Virus record (IMG/VR): IMGVR_UViG_3300017963_000201
Span: 64,001-128,000 of that record
Origin: a virus
Reading direction: 5' to 3' (one strand)
Length of the DNA: 64,000 nt
Shown here: in pieces, positions 1 through 10,096 of the stretch
How the letters are laid out: each line of letters opens with the position of its first letter
How positions within the stretch are numbered: position 1 is the first letter of the stretch
The notes under the pieces: generated by a model
Told to the model about the DNA's origin: nothing
What the model saw: the letters and a program-made list of their open reading frames with translations, nothing else
The model's database searches: none
Position numbers and translations under genes: made by a program

Positions 1-426
1 AGCTTTAAGTTCTTCTTCTTTTATCTTTACGTTTTGATTACCAATTTTTATGTACTTTTCACCAAATTCAACTTTTCTTTGCTCTTCCTTAACTCGTCGT
101 CGTGCCTTTCTAGTTAGTTGATCCCACTTTACAACTTCTGCACCAACCAACTCGGCTTCTTGTCTACGATATTTTAATAGCTCTTTCAGTTCACCTCCTT
201 GAGCAATAATACTCTGTTCCATTTTTTTAGCAGCAGCCACAGCAGCTTGTGCTAACTTTGGATCTATTATAGACAGTTCTGGGATTTGTGCGCGTATCTG
301 AGCTACTTCTTGCATTGCTTGTTTAATGCGCTCAGTTTGCTCTGCTGTACTTTTTGCGTGAATAGAACCTTGCTCAAATAGTAAAGTAGCCTGTTCTATA
401 CTCGATACGTCAAAAACATCTGCCAT
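1..426 (-). CDS. Tape measure protein, N-terminal part (runs off window)
   Basis: ATG at 426 opens MADVFDVSSIEQATLLFEQ..., helical and Ala/Gln/Glu-rich, open to position 1; lies directly after tube and chaperone genes. Confidence 0.7.
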   Translation of the reverse strand, partial: MADVFDVSSIEQATLLFEQGSIHAKSTAEQTERIKQAMQEVAQIRAQIPELSIIDPKLAQAAVAAAKKMEQSIIAQGGELKELLKYRRQEAELVGAEVVKWDQLTRKARRRVKEEQRKVEFGEKYIKIGNQNVKIKEEELKA

Positions 427-429
427 TAG

Positions 430-878
430 TTACCCCAAGATATCGTCATAATCTTCATTTTGTACTCTTGTCTCTGGATCTTCGAGATTTACTCGGACAA
501 CTTTACCTTTTTTGACACCTTCTTTAATAGAATTTATAGCATCATTGACATAATCTGGAACCCATGCCTTACCAGTAGCATGACCAATGGCACTTTGCTT
601 ATCAAAAGTCTCATTTACATGAATACCCTCAGTGCTACCTTTTTCCTCAAATTCTTTCTCTGCAGCATAGATTTGAGGATTAATATAAAATTTAACAGAA
701 TCAATCATATCTTTTGCAAGCATAATCTTATCATAAAGATCTTTGTCTATCGCAGATAATAACACTATTTTTTGTAGAAGGTTTAAACTTTGATAATTCG
801 GATCAGTTGGTAGGACTTTAAAGTACGTAATCAAAGCTAGATCGACTCGGAAGACTTCTGACTTTTCAATTTTTTTTT
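430..878 (-). CDS. Tail assembly chaperone, frameshift extension (GT-like)
   Basis: Listed ORF has only a TTG start (834); its frame is open up to the A9 run at 870-878 and is the -1 frame of the upstream chaperone. Confidence 0.7.
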
Positions 879-1349
879 AATATCCTGAAACTCTTTACTA
901 ACTTTTTCTGTAAATTCTACATAAGCCTCATACATGAGATCTAGTAAGTCAGGGGATTTTATCTTTTGCTTAAAGATAATCTGAGCTTGTTCCAATGGGG
1001 TAGGATTACGTTCTGCTTTATCGTAGAATTCTTTTATTTCGTTGTTCGGTAACAGTAAAGGCATACCATTAATCAACTTAACCGCTCTGGACAGTGTTTC
1101 GAGTTTACGGGTTACTTCCTGAGCCATATATGTCTCGTACTTGCCCATAGCTGTAAATATGTCTCTATGTTCTATGGGAGTTAAAGTACGAAATTGCACG
1201 GTAAGCTCTACCTTTTTTGCTTCGTCTTTAAATAAGGTAATAGGATCGGACTGTGTATAACCTAAATAAAATACGTCCTCTAATATGGGAAAGGATCCTG
1301 AGATTGGGGATTCTAGGCTATTATTCTCTTGTGTGGGATCGAATGTCAT
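837..1349 (-). CDS. Tail assembly chaperone (G-like)
   Basis: 170 aa between tube and tape measure; ends ATT AAA AAA AAA TTG, a slippery run. Confidence 0.7.
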   Translation of the reverse strand: MTFDPTQENNSLESPISGSFPILEDVFYLGYTQSDPITLFKDEAKKVELTVQFRTLTPIEHRDIFTAMGKYETYMAQEVTRKLETLSRAVKLINGMPLLLPNNEIKEFYDKAERNPTPLEQAQIIFKQKIKSPDLLDLMYEAYVEFTEKVSKEFQDIKKKLKSQKSSESI

Positions 1350-1389
1350 TTTCTACTCTTTTCGTGGATACAACAACAACTAAATTATA

Positions 1390-1848
1390 CTATTCACGCT
1401 TTCCTGTAATTGTCCTAACTTCCAAAGTCATACTTTCGACAGTTCTAACTGTCCCTGTATCGATATCTTTACTCCAGGATGAAGGGACACAATCCGTGTA
1501 ATGGATAATTCTTTTTGAACTATTTGTTGGGTTTTTTTGAATTTCCATTACCTGGATCGGTTGATTAAAGTCCTCAATCGAATAGATATCGAAACCGAAA
1601 GCTTCGTACAGGGAAAGCGTATACATCTCTACCCGAGATAGATCTATACTTATATCCGTACCACCCCATACAATCTCAACAACCTCGGGGCCTGTTTTAA
1701 ATAGGATTTCTCGAATCCTCTCTGTGTTTCGAGAAGCCCTAATCGATAAGCGCTCAAACGATCCGATATTAACACCACCAACCTGAATTGTGTGGCTATA
1801 AAAGACCGTGTGGCGCGTGTTTGGCACTTGGGTCTGTGGATAGGCCAT
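1390..1848 (-). CDS. Tail tube protein
   Basis: 152 aa, beta-rich, immediately downstream of sheath; C-terminal YTDCVPSSWSKDI...VESMTLEV typical of contractile tail tubes. Confidence 0.8.
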   Translation of the reverse strand: MAYPQTQVPNTRHTVFYSHTIQVGGVNIGSFERLSIRASRNTERIREILFKTGPEVVEIVWGGTDISIDLSRVEMYTLSLYEAFGFDIYSIEDFNQPIQVMEIQKNPTNSSKRIIHYTDCVPSSWSKDIDTGTVRTVESMTLEVRTITGKRE

Positions 1849-1858
1849 TCCCTAACTC

Positions 1859-3226
1859 CTAAGAGCTGAAGCTCAAAACGAACGTAAAGGTGATATCCAT
1901 ATACTGCATGCCAAATGCTGGTTGGACACTAGCAGTCACATTAATTTTTCGTGGCTCAGTAGAATCCTGAGTTACAGATACATTTTTGTAATCTGCTATG
2001 ACTACTTCCTTTATTAAATATTTTAGAATATTAGTTACAGATCCATCGACACTAGTAAGTAAATCTTCATTAATCGGTTTATTACGATAGAGCACCCACA
2101 ACTGCTCTCGTAGGTATTTCTTAACATAGTCTCCAACGTCTTGTACCCCTAGATCTTCTGTCAAAGCACTAGTGGTATCAGTTGTTCCTATGAATACGTT
2201 GCGAAGAACCTCACCCTTGATTCTTACTGGACCTACACCACGACCAACTAGCCACGTTTCAACCTCTGGGCTGTAATTATCGGTTACGGTAACATTGGGT
2301 ATAATCTCATCGGAGATATTAATACCAATACCTACTGAACAAATCTTACCAGCTAAAGCCGCACTATAGAACCGCGAATCGTAATTACTAGTAAAACCAT
2401 TTACCTTAGAAATACCATTGTACGGAAATGGCACAACCATCCGACTATGGGCATAACTCATAGCAAATGCTGCAGCGTCTGTGTATGCTGTACTTTGTGG
2501 CAAAGAAGCAATTACGGTTCGTTCCTGCTTTTGTGTTGGTTCTGAGGCAAGAACCGCATGATTAAACATGATATTGGCTGCAGATGTTGTATTGAGTGTA
2601 CCAGAAGACATAGGAACAAGGAATAATTTATATCCTGTGATCTTTTCTAGTTCATCCACCATTGCCGTGAAGGCATTTTCTAACTCTTGTCCCGTAGGGC
2701 TATCTGGATCTGTTGCCGAACTTAGATCTAATTGTGCGATAATTACACCCGTAGATCCAGCTTGAAGACCTAAATACCCCCCAACGGATACATCATTTAT
2801 ATTTCCATTGGTCCTTGTTTTGTTTCCATGGTCTTCGTAAATAAGATTTTCATTAAAATAAAGGGTAGGAACATAGGCAGAAGCTGCACGGGTTTCTGTG
2901 AACGTTACATAGTAATTGTTTCCGACAGTAGGCTCACTACCTGCGGGGTTCCAACTAATTTTATTCCCGGTTACCAAAGTATAGTCGGTTCCATCGACAT
3001 ACTTAGCAACCCCCGGCAAGTCACCCACAGAAACAATTTCGTTGATTGTACTACCAGAAACTAAATTGTCTACTACCCCCGCAGATCTAACTACCCTTTG
3101 ATTACTAATTAGCTTGTATGGGTCACCTTCACCGATATAAACAGGATACCGTTCATATAAAGGTGGGGCAACAATACCCGTATCGTTTACAATTCTAACT
3201 ATGATACCTGGAAGTTGTAATGCCAT
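1859..3226 (-). CDS. Tail sheath protein
   Basis: 455 aa; N-terminal LPGIIVR, C-terminal IADYKNVSVTQDSTEPRKINVTASVQPAFGMQYMDITF sheath signature. Confidence 0.9.
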   Translation of the reverse strand: MALQLPGIIVRIVNDTGIVAPPLYERYPVYIGEGDPYKLISNQRVVRSAGVVDNLVSGSTINEIVSVGDLPGVAKYVDGTDYTLVTGNKISWNPAGSEPTVGNNYYVTFTETRAASAYVPTLYFNENLIYEDHGNKTRTNGNINDVSVGGYLGLQAGSTGVIIAQLDLSSATDPDSPTGQELENAFTAMVDELEKITGYKLFLVPMSSGTLNTTSAANIMFNHAVLASEPTQKQERTVIASLPQSTAYTDAAAFAMSYAHSRMVVPFPYNGISKVNGFTSNYDSRFYSAALAGKICSVGIGINISDEIIPNVTVTDNYSPEVETWLVGRGVGPVRIKGEVLRNVFIGTTDTTSALTEDLGVQDVGDYVKKYLREQLWVLYRNKPINEDLLTSVDGSVTNILKYLIKEVVIADYKNVSVTQDSTEPRKINVTASVQPAFGMQYMDITFTFVLSFSS

Positions 3227-3275
3227 AGTATAGAGATCTCCGCAAAGGTTAGAAATCTTGCGCTATTCAAGTCTA

Positions 3276-3307
3276 ATTATATGGGAATTAAGACTAAATG
3301 ATTTAAC
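3276..3307 (-). promoter_or_regulatory. Candidate late promoter GTTAAAT-N19-TATAAT upstream of sheath
   Basis: Same bipartite motif recurs upstream of six minus-strand genes in the structural module. Confidence 0.5.
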
Positions 3308-3324
3308 TAGCGTTCAGATCTAAA

Positions 3325-3918
3325 CTATGAGTCTAAATCTATGGAAAGTGTAATATTGATAAATAGTTCAGAAAGTGTATCTGGTGAACCTGTTGAGTCA
3401 CGCCAAGTACCAATCGCTCGCATTGTTACGTTATTTCGATACACAGGATAATCAATTTGAGGTTGCATTACCTCCCCACCATCCCTAAACGATGCAGCTT
3501 CGGGCAATCGAATATAGTATTTTTCAAAATAAGTACGGGCCATAGGATGCGAAAGATAAATACAAACGATATCCGTTAACTTATCCCGCTCTTCCATGCT
3601 ACTTGCCCAAATTTCAAACTCAATACTAGTTTCTATATCCCCACCGTACTCAATATTGGTGGTGCCGTAATCAATCAAATCATTGGTAAATGATATGATC
3701 TTAAAGTTTCCAGAAGCTGCCCCAATCAAAACACAGGGAATTGATCTAAAATCCCAGGCAGCTCTCTTAATGGCTTTGGGGCGACTAGAAAATTTAGCTT
3801 GGCGATTACCGTCCCAAAAGGATACTTGTTCCTTTTCTTCCGCAAGGAAAATATAATTAAGATACTTAACAAAATGATCTTTAATAAACTCTACACCACG
3901 ATAGTAACGAACACTCAT
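3325..3918 (-). CDS. Putative tail terminator / tail-completion protein
   Basis: 197 aa directly upstream of sheath; IEFEIWASSMEERDKLTD resembles tail-completion folds; synteny. Confidence 0.55.
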   Translation of the reverse strand: MSVRYYRGVEFIKDHFVKYLNYIFLAEEKEQVSFWDGNRQAKFSSRPKAIKRAAWDFRSIPCVLIGAASGNFKIISFTNDLIDYGTTNIEYGGDIETSIEFEIWASSMEERDKLTDIVCIYLSHPMARTYFEKYYIRLPEAASFRDGGEVMQPQIDYPVYRNNVTMRAIGTWRDSTGSPDTLSELFINITLSIDLDS

Positions 3919-4838
3919 TAGACCGTCCTAATGCTTACGCTATAAAGACTTGATCTAGGATCAATCTCAGCCAAGTCAAAGTGCTGACTCACTAGGATAT
4001 CTTCGATATAAATAGGAGTATAGTTTACTATTTGGAATCTTTGGCTTGTAGCAACACGAATTACCATATCGTGTTCGACCGCTGTAGGGCTGTAAGGAGG
4101 TGGTGTTGTCCAATATGCTGCCCTAGATTCCCGAAGCAAGCCTGAGTCTGTGATCGTAAAGTCTGTTAGGGTACCGGGGAACGCTAGTAAAAACTGATTA
4201 GGCGAAATCTTTGTACGGATCCTAGCATCTGATTTTAACCATTGTTCAAATCCCCAAAGCGATCTATAATATCCAGTCTCAGTATCCCGGACAGGTTGCA
4301 TGCCTTCAAACTTAACTAACGGATTTATTGTCCCGTAGGTAAAGGTAGCAATACTAGATGTGTGCATAGGGGGCGTATTAAAGACAACATACACAGCGTC
4401 CTCAATAGGTTCCCCATCGCTGTCTACTTCATCTTGATAAATGTCGAATGCGTACTCATTCCAGCCAGAAATAAAAGTGTACTTGTCAATTGCAGATTCC
4501 CAAACATCGGTAGACCCCGTAGCAGCTACCGTGGTTGTAAATACACCAATGTCTGGGTATTCATCAACAGGATCAGAGTTGCGACCCCAAAGTTTGAATC
4601 TTAAACAACCCGTATCTGGATCAGTTGAGTATGATGAAGCAACTTTAGTTATTGTTGATACTCTTCTACTATCAACTTGAAATGGAGCACTTGCCCGAGC
4701 TTGGCGTTTGAATAGGTAACAAGCCTCCCCGCCTGTATTTAATAAATCCCAATTTTGTCTGACAGCAAAAGACAAAATTTGAGTGCTACGTCTTATTTTG
4801 TATGGCTGTACCCAGAAAGGCAAAATACTATCCTCCAC
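3918..4838 (-). CDS. Putative head-closure / neck protein
   Basis: Synteny; C-terminal WTTPPP...EHDMVIRV...RFQIVN...SQHFDL beta-barrel-like; start may be TTG 4823 after GGAGG. Confidence 0.5.
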   Translation of the reverse strand: MEDSILPFWVQPYKIRRSTQILSFAVRQNWDLLNTGGEACYLFKRQARASAPFQVDSRRVSTITKVASSYSTDPDTGCLRFKLWGRNSDPVDEYPDIGVFTTTVAATGSTDVWESAIDKYTFISGWNEYAFDIYQDEVDSDGEPIEDAVYVVFNTPPMHTSSIATFTYGTINPLVKFEGMQPVRDTETGYYRSLWGFEQWLKSDARIRTKISPNQFLLAFPGTLTDFTITDSGLLRESRAAYWTTPPPYSPTAVEHDMVIRVATSQRFQIVNYTPIYIEDILVSQHFDLAEIDPRSSLYSVSIRTV

Positions 4839-4843
4839 TCAAA

Positions 4844-4875
4844 AGTATAGAGAAGGATAGTAAGTATTGTTTAAC
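4844..4875 (-). promoter_or_regulatory. Candidate late promoter GTTAAAC-N19-TATACT
   Basis: Recurrent motif. Confidence 0.5.
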
Positions 4876-4881
4876 AGACGG

Positions 4882-5397
4882 CTATTTAGTAAACAACGGT
4901 TCTTTAGCTTTTGGAGGACAAGAGCACATAAGTTTCCAACATTCGGGTGCCTTGAACGCTAGTCCATAATTTTTGTACATGCCCAAGACATAAAGATCGT
5001 CATCGAACGAAACTAAAGATTCTGATGCATAGGGTACGTATGGAAGGATTTTTTGATTAAGAATTCGCTCTTTATGCTCTGTTCCTGTACTTAGCTCACC
5101 ATTGGGGCGCATATAAAGATTAATGTTCTCTTTATGAAGCGGAAAATAATTAGAAATCCATAGCAAGGTTACACTTCTAAGTCTTTCGTTCCGTCCAGTT
5201 ACAAAATGGACAGAGCTAGACTCTACGATTAATTTTGCCACACATTCTACAGAGTATGGCATGGGTGTGTCTCTTAGAACTAAGGTTGGTGATGTAAAGG
5301 TTTTCCAATCTTCTATAGTAGGTTCGTCCTTGTCTACTATGTTTTGTCTGTGAGAAAAATCACTCAAAGTCCCATCAATATCCAGGATGGTAATCAT
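4882..5397 (-). CDS. HAD-family phosphatase resembling the polynucleotide kinase 3'-phosphatase domain
   Basis: DIDGTL motif I, VTGR motif II, LYMRP, K, FDDD motif IV. Confidence 0.8.
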   Translation of the reverse strand: MITILDIDGTLSDFSHRQNIVDKDEPTIEDWKTFTSPTLVLRDTPMPYSVECVAKLIVESSSVHFVTGRNERLRSVTLLWISNYFPLHKENINLYMRPNGELSTGTEHKERILNQKILPYVPYASESLVSFDDDLYVLGMYKNYGLAFKAPECWKLMCSCPPKAKEPLFTK

Positions 5398-5478
5398 TAA
5401 TAAACTTTCTTTTAATGCCCGTCACAGATTTACATGTATTATACCCATACTACAACAAAAAGTTTACCTGAGGTACGT

Positions 5479-6792
5479 ATGCCATACAACCCAAACGAGC
5501 TAAAAAACAAGATAATTGGTAAGGAAATAAACATTGGTATTGTGGGTTTAGGATATGTAGGTTTACCCTTAGCTATTCAGTTTTGTAAGAAGGGATTCAA
5601 TGTTATAGGATTTGACATTGATCCGTATAAAGTGTATTGCCTTAAGCACGGAACAAGTTACCTAAGCCACGTTGATCCAGAATCTTTTATTGAGTACATC
5701 CAAGCAAAAAAGTTTTTTCCTACTAGTTTCTTCAAAAATTTAACATTTTGCACTGTAACAATAGTATGTGTACCAACCCCCCTTACAGCAAATAGAGAAC
5801 CAGACTTAAGTTACATAAAAGCAACCATGGAAAGTATTCAGCCCTATGTTGGAAAATACGTAAACATCGTATCTCTAGAAAGCACGACGTATCCAGGAAC
5901 AACCAACGAGGTAGTAAGACCAATCTTAGAAAAAGAAGCTGCTGTTGGTAAGGATTTTGCTCTGATTTACTCTCCGGAACGTGAGGACCCAGGAAACCCT
6001 TTTTTTAGTATAGGTAATACTCCCAAAGTTGTAGGAGGCCAAACAGAAACATGCGGATTACTTGGTAAGGTACTGTATCAACAAATCGTAGACACTGTAA
6101 TATTAGTAAGTTCTACCAATACCGCAGAGATGGTCAAAATCTTAGAAAATACCTATCGAGCAGTCAATATATCTTTTGTAAATGAACTAAAGATGCTGTG
6201 CCATAAAATGGGCATAGATATTTTTGAAGTCATACGAGCAGCACAAACCAAACCTTTTGGCTTTCAAGCCTTTCGTCCTAGTTGCGGTTTTGGTGGGCAT
6301 TGCATAAAGGAAGATCCGTTTTATCTCACTTGGAAAGCACGGCAATATGACATTAACACAAAGTTTATAGAACTGGCTGGAGAAATAAATTCGTATATGC
6401 CAGAATATGTTTCCAATCGAATTCAAGATGCATTAAATTCTAGAGAAAAAAGTATTAAAAACTCGGTTATATTAATTATTGGGGTTGCGTATAAGCCAAA
6501 TGTCAACGACACCCGAGAAAGCCCTGCTTTTAGAATTATAGATCTGCTACATAAAAAAGGTGGGCATATACTATACCATGATCCTTTTATTCCTATTCTG
6601 CCAGAAACTAGGAAATACAATTTCAAACTTAAATCGCAAGATTTATCTAAGGATTTATTAAATATTGTGGACTGTGTTGTTATAGTAACGGCGCATAAAG
6701 ATATCGATTACAAATTTATCCAAAAATATGCCAAGATCATCGTTGATACCTGCGACACGTTTAGGGATAAAACAAACGTCTACTGCGCATAA
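5479..6792 (+). CDS. UDP-N-acetylhexosamine / nucleotide-sugar 6-dehydrogenase
   Basis: GLGYVG Rossmann motif, CVPTP, LESTTYPGTT, YSPEREDPGN, KILENTYRAVNI, GGHC, AYKPNVNDTRESPA; start placed at ATG after GAGG. Confidence 0.92.
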   Translation: MPYNPNELKNKIIGKEINIGIVGLGYVGLPLAIQFCKKGFNVIGFDIDPYKVYCLKHGTSYLSHVDPESFIEYIQAKKFFPTSFFKNLTFCTVTIVCVPTPLTANREPDLSYIKATMESIQPYVGKYVNIVSLESTTYPGTTNEVVRPILEKEAAVGKDFALIYSPEREDPGNPFFSIGNTPKVVGGQTETCGLLGKVLYQQIVDTVILVSSTNTAEMVKILENTYRAVNISFVNELKMLCHKMGIDIFEVIRAAQTKPFGFQAFRPSCGFGGHCIKEDPFYLTWKARQYDINTKFIELAGEINSYMPEYVSNRIQDALNSREKSIKNSVILIIGVAYKPNVNDTRESPAFRIIDLLHKKGGHILYHDPFIPILPETRKYNFKLKSQDLSKDLLNIVDCVVIVTAHKDIDYKFIQKYAKIIVDTCDTFRDKTNVYCA

Positions 6793-6803
6793 AGGAGACG
6801 GTC

Positions 6804-7196
6804 ATGGAGGACGCAAAAATAATCAATAGTAGTGTTTTTAACTTTGGGCTCATTGGGATTGGTACTACTATCGTGGGTTCCCTAGTTGGTCTTTTGCTCT
6901 TGAACTACTCTTTAGGCTTGCGTATCCAAGACGAGCGTGCTAAACAGGATGAGTTACGTACCCAACTAGCAGATCAACAAAATACAATTTACGACCTAAG
7001 AAGAGCATTGGATAGGACAGAGGGGCGGTTGGGAGTTTACGAGGATTTTTTAATCGGAACACAAGTACATGCACTCAAACGTATGGTGCGGGACTTTTTA
7101 AGGAGCAACAAAGTTAAATCTACAGAAGTAACCTTGCTAGAGTTTGAGCAGTGGGCAAACCAAAAGGTATCTTATCCTGTAGGTATCGGAGGGTAG
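6804..7196 (+). CDS. Membrane-anchored coiled-coil protein
   Basis: N-terminal hydrophobic helix then coiled coil; AAGGAG RBS. Confidence 0.5.
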   Translation: MEDAKIINSSVFNFGLIGIGTTIVGSLVGLLLLNYSLGLRIQDERAKQDELRTQLADQQNTIYDLRRALDRTEGRLGVYEDFLIGTQVHALKRMVRDFLRSNKVKSTEVTLLEFEQWANQKVSYPVGIGG

Positions 7197-7197
7197 C

Positions 7198-8385
7198 TTG
7201 GATTTCTCTATAGCAGATCACACTAGTTATTTAGTGGTTGCAGGATCGCATGCCTATAAGACACACCACCAAGATAGCGACTATGATGTTAGAGGTTGGG
7301 GAATACCCCCACTAAAATACCAATTTGCTTTTGACAAACATTTTGATCAATACGATGCAAAGCATACCTATCGAAATTACCCTTTTAGGGTAGATCTAAA
7401 TTCGTATATTAAATCTCATAACCTTAGGCCACTTCCAGAAGACGAAATGATAGATCAAACTGTTTACTCAATTTCTAAATTTTTCAAGCTGGCATCAGAT
7501 TGCAACCCTAATGTGATTGAGTTATTATTTGTTGACGATACAGATATATTAATCTGTGATCCCTATGCCACAGAAGTTAAAAAACACCGAGACTTATTTT
7601 TGTCTGCCCGCGCCAAATTTAGCTATTTAGGGTATGCAATCAGTCAACTGAAGCGTATTAAAACTCATCGGAGGTGGTTACTTAATCCACCTAAAGAAAA
7701 ACCCACTAGGACTAAATACGAGCTTCCAGAGCAATCTTTAATACCACCAGAGCAACGAGGTGCTGCAGAAGCCTTGGTAAAAGCAAAAGTACGGGAATGG
7801 ACCTTACAAGATGCCGATCTTTTTTCAAAGACTGAATTAAATATGGTCCATGTAAATCACCTATCAGAGTTTGTAGGGTATCTAATAGACCGTAAAACGG
7901 ATATACAAGAAATGCTTACAGCAGCTCGCATAGCTGCAATGCACTACTACGGACTGTCAAAAAATATGATCGAAGTTTTACAAGCTGAAAAATCATATAA
8001 GGCGGCATTAATAGAATGGAACCAATACAAGAATTGGAAAGAAACCAGAAATCCTTATAGAGCTGGATTAGAAAGGGACTATGGCTATGATTTAAAACAC
8101 GCCATGCACCTTGTTAGACTAATTTTTCAAGGCGAAGAATTACTCACTAGAGGAAAAATTACAGTAAGGTGTAATCACATTCCAGAGATCGAAGAAGTAA
8201 AAGAAGGTAAGTGGAGCTACGAAAAATTAATTTATTTTGTAGAGACTAAAGAAAAAGAATTTAATATTTTGTATAATGACAAGAAGTACGTCGTACCAAA
8301 GAAGCCGAATATAAAGGCTCTGAGTAAGCTAAATACGGATCTATTAAAGAGGTATTACCATGAGAAAATTTTTCTACGACACTGA
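7198..8385 (+). CDS. Pol-beta family nucleotidyltransferase (RlaP-like)
   Basis: GSHAY...DSDYDVRG catalytic motif, CNPNVIELL, GYD-KHAMHLVRL. Confidence 0.85.
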   Translation: MDFSIADHTSYLVVAGSHAYKTHHQDSDYDVRGWGIPPLKYQFAFDKHFDQYDAKHTYRNYPFRVDLNSYIKSHNLRPLPEDEMIDQTVYSISKFFKLASDCNPNVIELLFVDDTDILICDPYATEVKKHRDLFLSARAKFSYLGYAISQLKRIKTHRRWLLNPPKEKPTRTKYELPEQSLIPPEQRGAAEALVKAKVREWTLQDADLFSKTELNMVHVNHLSEFVGYLIDRKTDIQEMLTAARIAAMHYYGLSKNMIEVLQAEKSYKAALIEWNQYKNWKETRNPYRAGLERDYGYDLKHAMHLVRLIFQGEELLTRGKITVRCNHIPEIEEVKEGKWSYEKLIYFVETKEKEFNILYNDKKYVVPKKPNIKALSKLNTDLLKRYYHEKIFLRH

Positions 8386-8866
8386 ATTCATAGAATACCC
8401 TAGCCACATTGATCTAATATCCATAGCGCTTGTATCTGAGTCCGGGGGGTTTTTTTACGCAGTCAATAATGAGTGTGACTTTAGTAAAGCAAATCCGTGG
8501 GTCAAGGAAAACATAATTGACCATCTAGAGCCCCAGTCAGATCCTTCCTGGATGACAAGGGAAAAAATAAAAAGTGATCTGTTAAACTACTTAAAACCTG
8601 AGATAGAAGATCCTGTTCAGCTCTGGGGATATTACGCAGATTACGATCATGTAGCTTTGTGTTGGCTATTTGGGCCTATGATTAATTTACCAAAAGGTAT
8701 GCCCATGTATACCTTGGACCTAAAGCAATTGGCTTATCACCTTGGTAATCCACCATTACCGACACAGGATCTCCCAGAGCACAACGCAAAGCACGATGCC
8801 CTATGGAATCGAAGAGTTTATTTTTACCTAAAGCAGATAGCCAAACAAAAAAATATTGAGGTTTGA
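8360..8866 (+). CDS. DEDDh 3'-5' exoribonuclease (Rv2179c / RNase AS-like)
   Basis: FYDTEFIE, LISIALV, WGYYADYDHV, EHNAKHDA. Confidence 0.88.
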   Translation: MRKFFYDTEFIEYPSHIDLISIALVSESGGFFYAVNNECDFSKANPWVKENIIDHLEPQSDPSWMTREKIKSDLLNYLKPEIEDPVQLWGYYADYDHVALCWLFGPMINLPKGMPMYTLDLKQLAYHLGNPPLPTQDLPEHNAKHDALWNRRVYFYLKQIAKQKNIEV

Positions 8867-9073
8867 TGTGCAAGAAGCATTGATGGTTATGTTAGTTGTA
8901 TTGGGTATAATCGGTTTGGTACTACTTAGTAGATCGATAATATATGGTAGACTGCTTTGCCAAGGAAAAATTAGTAGCTATAGTTACACAAAAGTAAAAA
9001 CAAGAGAAGCAACAAATTTTATCTATGGGATCATGTTTTTAATTGCATCCATATCCTTATTTATTGTCCTCCC

Positions 9074-9379
9074 ATGAAAAAAGAAGTTACTGATAAAGAC
9101 CTAGCGAAGATGTACAATTGGGGTGCTGCCCTTAGACTGTTACGTAAAATGACTGGATTAGGTCTTATAAAGTTCGGTTACGAAGTTGGTTATTTCAACG
9201 GACAAATATGCAATTGGGAAAACAATAAAATGTTACCCGATCTTAGAACGCTATATCGCTATTGTTTTGCCCTTAATGTCCCTTTATCGTTCATTGCCTA
9301 TCTAGCAGAGAATGAAAACGTAAGGGATCAAATTAATAAAGGACTCTCCTATTACAAGCGAGGATTCCATGTCGTATGA
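9074..9379 (+). CDS. XRE/Cro-like HTH protein
   Basis: GAALRLLRK...ICNWENNKMLPDLRTL...ALNV. Confidence 0.75.
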   Translation: MKKEVTDKDLAKMYNWGAALRLLRKMTGLGLIKFGYEVGYFNGQICNWENNKMLPDLRTLYRYCFALNVPLSFIAYLAENENVRDQINKGLSYYKRGFHVV

Positions 9380-9554
9380 TGACGAAACAGTAGAAATCGA
9401 AATAGTGAATAAAGTACATGAAACCGATCATGCTGTCTTGTTCAATATCGAAGGTGATGAATTTTGGATTCCCAAGTCAGTAATTGATGATATGGACGAA
9501 TGCATGGTTGTGGTGCAAAAATGGTTTGCAAAAAAGGAAGGATTTATCGAATGA
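9369..9554 (+). CDS. Small conserved phage protein
   Basis: HETDHAVL...WIPKSVI...WFAKKEG pattern common in phages. Confidence 0.6.
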   Translation: MSYDDETVEIEIVNKVHETDHAVLFNIEGDEFWIPKSVIDDMDECMVVVQKWFAKKEGFIE

Positions 9555-10096
9555 AAATTAGAAGTTTTCTATCGTATAGTTCCTATGTAATAAAGCACAA
9601 ATGGTATGTTTTTTTAGAGTGCTGTAAACGAGGTATACCTATTCGTGGGTTGCTTCATGATTGGCATAAATTTTTACCTGACGAGTTTATCCCCTATATG
9701 AACTACTTTGGTCCTAAAGGGATTCAAAGAGGTAGAAATAAAACTGGCTACTATAAGCCAAACGATACAGGGGATAGTGCTTTTGACCGAGCTTTTTTTC
9801 TACATCAAAAACGCGGAAGCCACCATTGGCAATACTGGGTGATGCCTCTTTCTAAAGAAGAAAACACAGAAGGTATGCGGATTTTTGAGATGCCACCTAA
9901 AGCGAGATTAGAAATGCTATGCGATTTTTACGGGGCAAGCCGTGCCCAAAAAAGTACAGGAACAGTGCGTGATTGGTATTTACAAAATGGTAGTAAGTTA
10001 GTTTTGCATCCAAATACTAGGCAATGGTTAGAAGATAAGCTAAACATTAATACGGGAGAAGAAAATGTGCGACCTATTCGTGTTCAAAAATCCTGA
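9551..10096 (+). CDS. HD-like protein (DUF5662-like)
   Basis: KHKWYV, LLHDWHKF, H...HHWQYW, EMLCD; start taken at ATG overlapping the upstream TGA. Confidence 0.65.
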   Translation: MKIRSFLSYSSYVIKHKWYVFLECCKRGIPIRGLLHDWHKFLPDEFIPYMNYFGPKGIQRGRNKTGYYKPNDTGDSAFDRAFFLHQKRGSHHWQYWVMPLSKEENTEGMRIFEMPPKARLEMLCDFYGASRAQKSTGTVRDWYLQNGSKLVLHPNTRQWLEDKLNINTGEENVRPIRVQKS

